NCBI GenBank assembly: GCA_965116885.1 | Contig: OZ220741.1 | Location: forward strand, 4,384,001 to 4,448,000 | DNA: 64,000 nt | Reading direction: 5' to 3' | Origin: Candidatus Latescibacterota bacterium | Lineage (GTDB): Bacteria > Latescibacterota > UBA2968 | Shown: piece by piece, positions 39,928 to 48,434 of the stretch | How positions within the stretch are numbered: the stretch's first letter is position 1 | How the letters are laid out: every line of letters starts with the position of its first letter | Notes under the pieces: generated by a model | What the model was told of the DNA's origin: nothing | Databases searched by the model: none | What the model saw: the letters and a program-made list of their open reading frames with translations, nothing else | Program-made: the position numbers and the translations under genes

Positions 39928-42261
39928 TTATTTGCAATACGAACACTTACTATCTGCACCAACACTTTTCAAGACCGCACAATTCTGTTGCAGACTCGCA
40001 CGCAATTTACTTATGGCCTCGTCACTTTTCGCTCTCTTGAGCGCGCAGTAGTCATTAAAAGCGGCCAGACAGAAAAACCGCGCGTGATCATCGACCGAAA
40101 AATTGCCCTGGTATTTTTCCCCGCACACATTCTCGAGATTTTGAAGTGCCTGTTGCATCGGATCTTGCGCTTGCCCACCCTGAGTTTGCGAAGATGTCCC
40201 AGCCGAATTGATATGCCCATCAGGTTGCTCACTTAACACACCTTCCATGTACTCGCGTACAGTTTCTGTGACTGCCTCCTGATCTGCAGCATCCTTGCCA
40301 GCATACATAATCGCGGCACCGCCTAAAAGTGCGGCTGCTGCTTTGCCGAAACCGTCCCCTTCCTGTGATTTTCCCGCTATTTTTGTCTGGCTGGCCCCGG
40401 CGGCGCGCAGAACCCTGACCACTTCCGGATTCTCGTTGTGCTCAACTGCCAGACCCAGAGGTGTGAAGCCCTTTTTATTTTCTGCATTCAGGTCGGCACC
40501 AGCACTGAGTAGGATTCTAATGACATCCGGATTCTCGTTGTGCTCAGCTGCCTCATGCAGAGGGGTCGAGTCATCATAACCTTGTGCCTCCAGGTTAGCC
40601 CCAGCATGAACCAGCACCACAATAATATCCGGGTTCTCATTGCTCGCAGCCGCACAGTGCAGGGGTGTCCAGCCTTCTTTGCTCCGCGCCATAGGGTCTG
40701 CGCCAGCATCAATCAGGACTTTGATCACATCCGAGTTCTCACTGTTCCGGGCCGCATAATGCAGGGGCGTCCAGTCAATGTTGTCCCGCGCCATAGGGTC
40801 TGCGCCAGCATTGAGCAGGATTTTAACGATACCCAGATTCTCGTTGCTTCGAGTTGCCCGATGCAGAGGTGTACTTTTCCATCTATTCCGAGCATTGGGA
40901 TCGGCCCCGGCATTGAGCAGGGTTTTAACGACATCCAGATTTTCGTTGCGCACGGCCCAATGCAAGGGCGTCGTTTTAGAAAATGGGGCCTCGTCGGGAT
41001 CGACGCCATCTTCAATCAGAGCCAAGACAGCCTCTGAATTCTTATTGTATTTTGCCGCATGATACAGAAGTGCCCATCTATTTTTTTTTCGATCCTTATC
41101 ATCGGTTTCTGCTTCGAACAAGGCTTCAACGATCTCCGGATTTGGGTTGTTCCAGGCCGCAAAATGCAGAGGTGTCCGTTTATCTCTGGTCCTCGCTTTT
41201 GGATCGGCCCCGGCATTGAGTAGGGTTTTAACGATCTCCGGATTCTCGCTATACTTGACCGCACGATGCAGAGGTGTCCATGTATGATAGTCCTTGGCAT
41301 TGGGATCGGCCCCGGCATTGAGTAGAGCTTGGATAGCAACCAGATTCCCGAACAGCGCTGCTGTGTGTAAGGGCGTCTGTGAATATGTTATTAAGGGTGT
41401 ATAATCGGCCCTGGCATTGAGATCGGCCCCGGCATTGAGTAGAGCCTGGATAGCAACTGGATTTTCATTATACATAGCTGCCCAATGTAGAGAAGTCCAT
41501 TTATCTTGGCCCCGCGTATCAGCTCCGGCCTCAATCAGAACCTTTATAGCGGCAGGACGCTTGAAAAAGACCGCGTCATACAGGGGGGTGCGTTTATTTT
41601 CGCTCTGCGCCTCTATGTCGGCTCCGGCATTGAGCAGGATCTCAATAATGTCTGTATTCTTGTTCAGGACTGCATAATGCAGAGGTGTCCTTTTATCATT
41701 GTGCCTCGCTTTTAGGTCGGCACCCGCATTGAGCAGGGCTTTAATAACATCCGGATTCTCAGTATTTTCGACCGCGCGATGTAAAGGCGTAGCACCTGCA
41801 TCATCCCGCGCGTTCAGATCAACCCCTGTGTCAAGGCAGGCGGACACTTCCTCGAGGGTCGCTGTCTTAAAATAGTCTTCCGTATCCCATCCCTTGCAAC
41901 TCACCGCTGTCTGTACCTTGTTCATCAACGCCAGAGCCTCGACATAGTGTTGGCCTTCGCGTCCTGATGCCACCAGATATTTTAAGACGGATTCGAGTGC
42001 CTGATCGGACAAATCTACGGCGTCCGCTGCTTTCGCATATCTGAAGTGGAACTCATCCGATAGATCCAGTTCGTGCTCTGTCTGAAGGTGCAGGATGTTT
42101 TGTATTGCGGCTTGTGCTCGGAAGGTGTCTCCATTGCGAATAGCCTGCTCTGCTTGCAGCAGATAGGCGTCTGCTCTGATCTCTGGCGGCAGTTGAGCAG
42201 ATGCAACCGTGAAGAATCCCAATAAAAATAGGATGAAAATATTTCTGATCATTCTTTGCAT
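39928..42261 (-). CDS. Secreted ankyrin-repeat protein with QLPPE N-terminal module
   Basis: Numerous TPLH.A..N.N..++..LL.AGAD repeats; start revised to MQRMIRN at 42261 because upstream sequence is intron. Confidence 0.92.
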   Translation of the reverse strand: MQRMIRNIFILFLLGFFTVASAQLPPEIRADAYLLQAEQAIRNGDTFRAQAAIQNILHLQTEHELDLSDEFHFRYAKAADAVDLSDQALESVLKYLVASGREGQHYVEALALMNKVQTAVSCKGWDTEDYFKTATLEEVSACLDTGVDLNARDDAGATPLHRAVENTENPDVIKALLNAGADLKARHNDKRTPLHYAVLNKNTDIIEILLNAGADIEAQSENKRTPLYDAVFFKRPAAIKVLIEAGADTRGQDKWTSLHWAAMYNENPVAIQALLNAGADLNARADYTPLITYSQTPLHTAALFGNLVAIQALLNAGADPNAKDYHTWTPLHRAVKYSENPEIVKTLLNAGADPKARTRDKRTPLHFAAWNNPNPEIVEALFEAETDDKDRKKNRWALLYHAAKYNKNSEAVLALIEDGVDPDEAPFSKTTPLHWAVRNENLDVVKTLLNAGADPNARNRWKSTPLHRATRSNENLGIVKILLNAGADPMARDNIDWTPLHYAARNSENSDVIKVLIDAGADPMARSKEGWTPLHCAAASNENPDIIVVLVHAGANLEAQGYDDSTPLHEAAEHNENPDVIRILLSAGADLNAENKKGFTPLGLAVEHNENPEVVRVLRAAGASQTKIAGKSQEGDGFGKAAAALLGGAAIMYAGKDAADQEAVTETVREYMEGVLSEQPDGHINSAGTSSQTQGGQAQDPMQQALQNLENVCGEKYQGNFSVDDHARFFCLAAFNDYCALKRAKSDEAISKLRASLQQNCAVLKSVGADSKCSYCK

Positions 42262-42284
42262 GGTGTCTCCCTTTACAGATCGAA

Positions 42285-43026
42285 GTAGGGTAGGCTGCTG
42301 GCGAGTTACCCAAAGGCACTTTTCCATCAGCCCCCCTCCGAACCGGACGTGATAGTTTCCCATCATCCGGCTCTCCAGTAACTTTCACCGTTTAGAGGTT
42401 GGCCCGCCTCGATGGATGTTAATATGACAGCTTTTGCAGACGACAAGAGTTTTTCTTTGTCTTGATGCCATTTTGTGTTTCCATCTCGGCTTTTTCTTCC
42501 TTCCCGGCTTGTCCACATCCGATAACTTTCGTATGTGGTGAACTTCCACTTCTTGCAGGGAGCCACATAATTCGCATTCTTTTGCCGTTAAGCGTCGTAT
42601 TAGCTCGCTACGGCTCCAGTATGGTTTTATGTCTTTCAGGCCGTCCTTGATTGCCACATTCTCTGTTTTGCGTATTAAAGGAACCCCTCCGAAGTATGCG
42701 ATTAGGGGCTTTTTACCTTCTCTTTCTACGGCTACTTGTATGCATTTTCGTGGGCCTCGTGGAGTAGTGATTTTACCCTTATACTTCTTTGCCATTTTTC
42801 TTACCTGCGATTTGTGTTTGTTCGCAAGTGTTTTCAGCAGAGAAGTTTCTGTGACCCATTCCAATTTACTCAGTCTCCGTATATTGTTTGCGAGTTGGTA
42901 GTATTGCACAAAGCCTCTATATTCCCTTTGATAGCGGGATATGATGTCAAAGTCGCTGTCCTGTAACAATTGGGGTCGCGCCTCTGGCTTTCCGTTTATC
43001 ATATAGGTATTGCATCTCGCATCGCT
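42285..43026 (-). mobile_element. 5'-truncated group II intron (3' part with domains V and VI)
   Basis: DV hairpin GAGCCGGATGATGGGAAACTATCACGTCCGGTTC (42340-42373), DVI ending CCCTAC at 42285. Confidence 0.9.
42385..43026 (-). pseudogene. Group II intron-encoded protein remnant (maturase X domain and HNH); RT domain lost
   Basis: YRGFVQYYQLA, SLLKTLANKHK, CELCG..EVHHIRKL, RKTLVVC..CH..IH motifs. Confidence 0.88.
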
Positions 43027-43057
43027 TGGAGTTACCCCGCTTCGGTGGAGAGTTTAG

Positions 43058-43209
43058 GGCTTGTGAACGTCTCATCGGCGCCTTGTGTATGGAATGGTCT
43101 GACGAGTGGATCACAGGCAGACGCTACCTGGACATGACGGATTGAAAATAAACGCTCTGACCCCTATATCACGGAGCTACAATTTTACAGAACTTTTTGG
43201 ACTTGACCC
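43058..43209 (+). mobile_element. IS256-family 3' fragment with right end
   Basis: 152 bp inverted copy (one mismatch seen) of 47011-47162, ending TTTTACAGAACTTTTTGGACTTGACCC. Confidence 0.88.
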
Positions 43210-43223
43210 ACCATACCTTACTT

Positions 43224-46200
43224 TTAGTCACTACAACCGCCTATCACTACACTTGCTGTACCACTACGTTCAGTAATCTTGCTGAACAGTAAATCTGGGC
43301 TAAAGTCAAATCTTACAGTATTACCAGAGGCAGTGCCATGCTCGGATTTTTGCTCGTGACGCGAACCGCCGTATTGGTAAGCAACAGTCACACACTTGTT
43401 GTCTGTGAACCAATTTTTAGCGGTCACGGAAGGTCCTTTCTTATTTGACTGTCCGAATCCCACGTCCCAAGACTGTTGATCCTGAATAGTGAACTCTGCA
43501 AAATCAACATAAACATTGTCTGTTGGCTGTGTATAAGCAGCTACTCTAAAGTACCCAGGGACTCTGTTTGTCTCTAATTTCAACCTCGTATCTTCTTCTG
43601 CACGAACAAGTGCAGAGTACATATCAGCTTTGCCATTAACAATCTCAGGACGACCTGTGCCTGAATAGCTACTGTTCATCCTTATGTCATCCCACATGGG
43701 ATAGTAAGAATTGCCTCTTATATCATCAGTATAAGATGTATTGCCAGCTACCCTGACTTGAAACTTGACATAAGCAGGAAAGTACTCGTTCTTGTTGCGT
43801 GAGACCGTCCTTGTAATACTCATAGATTGCGGACTGTTCCAATTACTGGAATTAAATTCAAATATCCGTCCGCCGAAGTTGTAAATACCAGTAAAATCTT
43901 CATAAAATTCAACGGTCACATTCGTCTGATCATCGGGACGCGATAACAATTTTATCGTAATATTGTTGCTGTCATTGTACAAAGGCATTCCGCTTATGCC
44001 AGCATAAACTGGCACTCGTACTCGCCAGTTATCAGGACGTGACGTTATAGTATCTCGATAAGAACCAGAACTCATGATAAAACCGCTATCATCCGAGTCC
44101 GTAATCCTGAGATTAGAGCGACCAACAACCTTTCCTTTCCTAACAACCTCGATATTGAGATACTCAGTCGACTCATAAATGTTGTCAAGTATCGCAGTCA
44201 CATCTGGAAACGTCGCAGTGACTGACATCGTTCTGTCAGCTTTGATTGTTATGGGAACCTCAGACGGGAGAATAATATCTGAGTTGTTGGCTGGTAGCTC
44301 TCTGCTGTTAGCCGCTATCGGATAAGCCATTCGTAACGTAACATCAGCATCCAAACCTAAGTTTCGTTTGCTATTAACGGATAGTGTTATATCCGTTGGA
44401 ACACCCTCTACGATGGTGCTACCACCAACGAAATCTACATTTATGGCATGTTCGCCATGAAAAGGTCCTTGTGGATGAAACAGATAAACATAGTTGTGAG
44501 CAGTAAATGTTGGTTTGCCTGGTTTGGTCAGGCGATAATCTATTCTATAGCGGTTGTAGTGCCAATTACTTGTGCGAAAATTACGACCAGTAGGAGGGTC
44601 AAGCTCATGTCCTGCATAGAGATGGAACCTTAGCCTTCTTCTCGAATCGGTTTTCATCATCTTCGTATCAGTCCCGCCATCAAAACGGAAACCTGTACCA
44701 CCTGTTATTTTGGCTTCAACATCAAACTCTTCGGCAAAATTGGGAAAAGTCACACTGAATCTCTCGGTCTTTTCTTTGCCAGCATCGATCCTAAGTCTAT
44801 AATCAAGAGGTGGAAGCGTCATACGTCCAAGATGGTACCATAATTTCATAAATCCTATATCACCGCCTAAACTCGAAATAATAACAGGAGGAGTGGTTTC
44901 GACTTGCGGAGGTGGTGGTACGCAAGCATTGTTATCATCATCAATGAACGATATACGAGCATTCAGAGTGCGTTGACCATGAAGCTCGTTGCGATTCTTA
45001 ATATGTCGTAGAGTCGCTATAAAATCTACATGTTGGTGAATAGAACGACAATCGTCATTGATAAATACAAGATCGCTTGTACTCACAACAGACGTAGGCC
45101 CTGCACCTAGAGAGCCTTGAATATCAAGCGACCTATTATTTAGCACAGGTGGCAAAGTAGTCTCATCGGCAAAATCAATATCATACAAGATATAATCATC
45201 TTCAGGTAGATTGGGAATATTGGAGAAATTGAAATCAACAGCCGCACTTCCATTAACATGATTCTCAGCTATTGAAGTTGGTCGCTCATAATCATTTCTC
45301 TCTATAACCCAATAGAGCCAGTTAGCACTAACTCGAATACGATTCAGCTCAGATGTAGGCGAAGTAGAAATTGTCGTTGTACCAGTAACATCTTGAACTG
45401 TAACAACAAAATCTCTATAATTACTTGCCCCATTATCGACATTTGCAGTAATTCTAACATTGTAGCTAGCAGGATTGGCAGTGGTTAAAGGAGTACCTGT
45501 AATCTCTCCATTACTAAGCGTTAATCCGTCTGGCAGTCCAGTGGCGGACAAGGTTGCAGGATAAGTGTGCGTGTGATCTACGCTGATACTTATCGGACTG
45601 ATTTCAAGTCCGTGACGAACAAATAATGTGTCAGGTAATCCTGAGATTACAGGACCTACAAATATGCTAAATTGTGCACTGTAAGTATTGGTATCATTGG
45701 ATTGTGAGATACTTGAAGCGGTTGTTGCCTTGACAGTAACAACATGTTCTCCTGTGCGAGCATTGAGAGATATTGTCCCTTCTACGGTAATTACTACGTG
45801 TTCTGTTGCTCTGACAGTCGTTGATGATCCGCGACCAGATAAACGAAGACCATGTGGAAGTCCATCAATCGTAATGATCATGCGATCTTCATTTAAGTCA
45901 CCAACTTCAATATCGAAAGCATCTATGGCTTGTCCTCGCACATACGACTTTGTTTCAAGGGCACTAATAGAAGGAAGGATGTCGCCTTTAACCTCAAACG
46001 TTATTGTTCTCACTGTTGTAGCAGTACCATCAGATACCGAGATAGTTACAGTATATTCCTGTACAGTCGCATTCCTTGAAATCTTACCAGATATATTTCC
46101 AGTAGGATGACTATTCCATGTACCACCAGTAGGACTGTAAGACAACCCAGCAGGTAGTCCTGTAACCGTTGTAGTGAGCACGTCACCGTCAGTATCGCCC

Positions 46201-46985
46201 ACCTGAACAGAGAACGTTCTTAATGTATAACCTTGAAAATAGCTATATTTAGGACGCTGTGCTAAGTCTGTTGGAACAGGCTTACCACGAACATTGATCC
46301 AGGGCGCATTGTTAGTATTTCTGGCCGCATTGTTATTGTTCTTATCCTCTTTATCTTTGTCATCATCACTAGAAACACTCCTTCCACTGTTACCAGTGGT
46401 TGTTCCTTCTGAGTCACGGCTTTCAGAATCACCAGAATTAGATTCATTGGTATCAGAATCACCGCTTTCTGGTTCACTGGTTCCTGACTCACTTGAATCG
46501 TCCTCGCAAGCGAGTGTAGATGCACTTGCCTCTGTCCAATCGCCACTCCAGCCGTTAAATCGGGCGCGAACTTCAACAGAATAAGATATGCCACATTCAA
46601 GATCGTTGATGGTATAAGAGTTGCTTGTGGGATAAGCATTTCCATTGGCATCTTTCCATGAAGGATAGGATGCATCACTTGTCTTTTTCCAACGGACTCT
46701 GTGATCTTTTGGTGGTACTTCGACAGAATTCGACGGTGCTACGACAGCATCCCAAGTTGCTGTAATTGATGAGTCGGTGGCCGTCAATACAAGATTTGTG
46801 ATATCAGACCAGGACGATACGACAACTTTGGCTGCACGGATGGTATCTTCAGTTGTTGAACTATAATTGACTTCTGGACTAGTTGTTAGTGTCTTATCCT
46901 TTCCACAAGAAAGTACAATGAGTACGCCTAGAATTGCAAGTGAGTAGAAAATCGGAGAAGAATTATTTAGTAATTTGCTAAACAT
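43224..46985 (-). CDS. Large surface lipoprotein with FN3 and putative Ig-like (He_PIG-type) domains
   Basis: Lipobox IVLSC; SITATW...YTINDL..G.SY.VEVRA; TGLP.GL repeats; Ser/Asp-rich linker; start revised to MFSKLL (RBS AGAGGA); visibly AT-richer DNA. Confidence 0.8.
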   Translation of the reverse strand: MFSKLLNNSSPIFYSLAILGVLIVLSCGKDKTLTTSPEVNYSSTTEDTIRAAKVVVSSWSDITNLVLTATDSSITATWDAVVAPSNSVEVPPKDHRVRWKKTSDASYPSWKDANGNAYPTSNSYTINDLECGISYSVEVRARFNGWSGDWTEASASTLACEDDSSESGTSEPESGDSDTNESNSGDSESRDSEGTTTGNSGRSVSSDDDKDKEDKNNNNAARNTNNAPWINVRGKPVPTDLAQRPKYSYFQGYTLRTFSVQVGDTDGDVLTTTVTGLPAGLSYSPTGGTWNSHPTGNISGKISRNATVQEYTVTISVSDGTATTVRTITFEVKGDILPSISALETKSYVRGQAIDAFDIEVGDLNEDRMIITIDGLPHGLRLSGRGSSTTVRATEHVVITVEGTISLNARTGEHVVTVKATTASSISQSNDTNTYSAQFSIFVGPVISGLPDTLFVRHGLEISPISISVDHTHTYPATLSATGLPDGLTLSNGEITGTPLTTANPASYNVRITANVDNGASNYRDFVVTVQDVTGTTTISTSPTSELNRIRVSANWLYWVIERNDYERPTSIAENHVNGSAAVDFNFSNIPNLPEDDYILYDIDFADETTLPPVLNNRSLDIQGSLGAGPTSVVSTSDLVFINDDCRSIHQHVDFIATLRHIKNRNELHGQRTLNARISFIDDDNNACVPPPPQVETTPPVIISSLGGDIGFMKLWYHLGRMTLPPLDYRLRIDAGKEKTERFSVTFPNFAEEFDVEAKITGGTGFRFDGGTDTKMMKTDSRRRLRFHLYAGHELDPPTGRNFRTSNWHYNRYRIDYRLTKPGKPTFTAHNYVYLFHPQGPFHGEHAINVDFVGGSTIVEGVPTDITLSVNSKRNLGLDADVTLRMAYPIAANSRELPANNSDIILPSEVPITIKADRTMSVTATFPDVTAILDNIYESTEYLNIEVVRKGKVVGRSNLRITDSDDSGFIMSSGSYRDTITSRPDNWRVRVPVYAGISGMPLYNDSNNITIKLLSRPDDQTNVTVEFYEDFTGIYNFGGRIFEFNSSNWNSPQSMSITRTVSRNKNEYFPAYVKFQVRVAGNTSYTDDIRGNSYYPMWDDIRMNSSYSGTGRPEIVNGKADMYSALVRAEEDTRLKLETNRVPGYFRVAAYTQPTDNVYVDFAEFTIQDQQSWDVGFGQSNKKGPSVTAKNWFTDNKCVTVAYQYGGSRHEQKSEHGTASGNTVRFDFSPDLLFSKITERSGTASVVIGGCSD

Positions 46986-47010
46986 TCGTTTTATCCTCTG
47001 GTTGTTTGTG

Positions 47011-47279
47011 GGGTCAAGTCCAAAAAGTTCTGTAAAATTGTAGCTCCGTGATATAGGGGTCAGAGCGTTTATTTCCAATCCGTCATGTCCAGGTAGCGTC
47101 TGCCTGTGATCCACTCGTCAGACCATTCCATACACAAGGCGCCGATGAGACGTTCACAAGCCTTTTCATTGGGGAAGATCTGCACCACATCAGCCCGTCT
47201 TTTGATCTCTCGGTTGAGTCTTTCCAACAGGTTCGTCGTACGGATGCGTCTTTGATGCTGTTGAGGAAAGTGGAAGCAA
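47011..47279 (-). mobile_element. IS256-family transposase 3' fragment with right end
   Basis: FPQQHQRRIRTTNLLERLNREIKRRADVVQIFPNEKACERLIGALCMEWSDEW.GRRYL is a typical IS256 C-terminus. Confidence 0.9.
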
Positions 47280-47482
47280 AGAGTCGAAGGCGGTATTCCC
47301 AACAGCTCGGCTGCCCCACCTGTTCCCTTGATTCGCCAATTGGTGTATTTAAGTGCTTCGAGAATGTAGCGACGTTCATTTTTCTTTAATGTCTGGAAGG
47401 GAGGAGAAGAGTCTTTTAATAAGATTGTGAGAATTTTATCGACCTTGCCTTCAAGCCTATCTAAATGTTGTTCATTTGTCAT
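47280..47482 (-). pseudogene. Small stand-alone Fis-type HTH protein, interrupted by and fused in frame to IS256
   Basis: MTNEQHLDRLEGKVDKIL...TLKKNERRYILEALKYTNWRIKGTGGAAELLGIPPSTL resembles the activators' HTH. Confidence 0.75.
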
Positions 47483-47575
47483 TTTACGTCCCTGTGAACG
47501 TTCAAAGACTCGTCACATATTGGTGTTATACTCTTTTCGATGGTGGATTGAATCTAATCCAAAAATTATTTATAA

Positions 47576-47739
47576 TGCAAAAACCGTGCCAATGTGCGCG
47601 TTGTTATAGAAAGCTATACTCGTAAAGTGTTATTTTATAGGAAATAAAAAACCAATCTGACTATGTTATCTCTTCGCAAAATAGTCGGATTGGCTCTTGA
47701 AAAAAGACTTTATATGGTCTAAAAGACGTACTATGGTCT
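47576..47739 (-). promoter_or_regulatory. sigma54 promoter module 3
   Basis: TTGGCACGGTTTTTGCA at 47576-47592; same inverted repeat; identical AGAC-N8-GTCT boxes at 47705-47739. Confidence 0.85.
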
Positions 47740-47871
47740 GTATGGTCCCGAGACTATAGTAAATTCCTGGTCGGAGAATCGTGGCGCCGATAAAAATAAG
47801 GTTCGCATACGCCGCGGGTTGTCTGCTGTGCTTATCGCGACCGACATGCGCGGGTTCCGTCATTCTCCCAG

Positions 47872-48290
47872 GTGTTGGAGAGCCAGGCTGTGGATATTGT
47901 GATTGCGGGGGCGTTTGATTTCTTCAACAAGCCTTTCAAAGTGGAGGATCTGAATGCGGCTATCCAGCGCACAATGCGCTACCAGGTGCTTCGCAAAGAG
48001 ACAAGTAGGATGCAAGATAGGCTGGATCAGTTAGTGGCACAGGAGCGAGAGAGGAGCGGTTTGAATGCGATTATAGGGGAGAGTGAGGTGGTTGTGAAGA
48101 TGAAGGCGCGGATCAAACAGGTGGCAGCGACTGGTCAGACAACGGTGCTCATCATGGGGGAGACGGGTACGGGGAAGGAACTGGTTGCCCGAGCCGTGCA
48201 TAGCGAGAGCGATCGCGCTGGCGGTCCGTTTATTGCTGTGAATTGCTCCGCTATTCAGGGCAATTTATTTGAGAGCGCGTTTGAGAGGGC
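47872..48290 (+). pseudogene. Internal fragment of an NtrC-type response regulator
   Basis: GAFDFFNKPF (receiver end), IIGES, VLIMGETGTGKELVARAVH, PFIAVNC..., breaking before GAFTGA. Confidence 0.85.
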
Positions 48291-48434
48291 ACTACTTCGA
48301 GAAGCATTGCCGCGGCTGAGGCCAATGGCAAATGAAAAGACTGGACATCAAACTAACTTGAAGACGATGCAAAATCGGCTTACAGGTCCTGAAGAGGATA
48401 ATCTGCCCTGCGGACATTGTTTGCGTTTTACCAT

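Noticed and set aside
42262..42366. N-terminal extension of the ankyrin ORF in the track
   Set aside because: It is read-through of intron domains V and VI. The family signal peptide begins at 42261.
42385..43026. Active retroelement or stand-alone HNH defence nuclease
   Set aside because: The RT domain and intron 5' domains are missing. Context shows an intron remnant.
46986..47114. N-terminal extension of the 1296 aa ORF
   Set aside because: It lies mostly within the IS256 end. An RBS and lipoprotein signal support a start at 46985.
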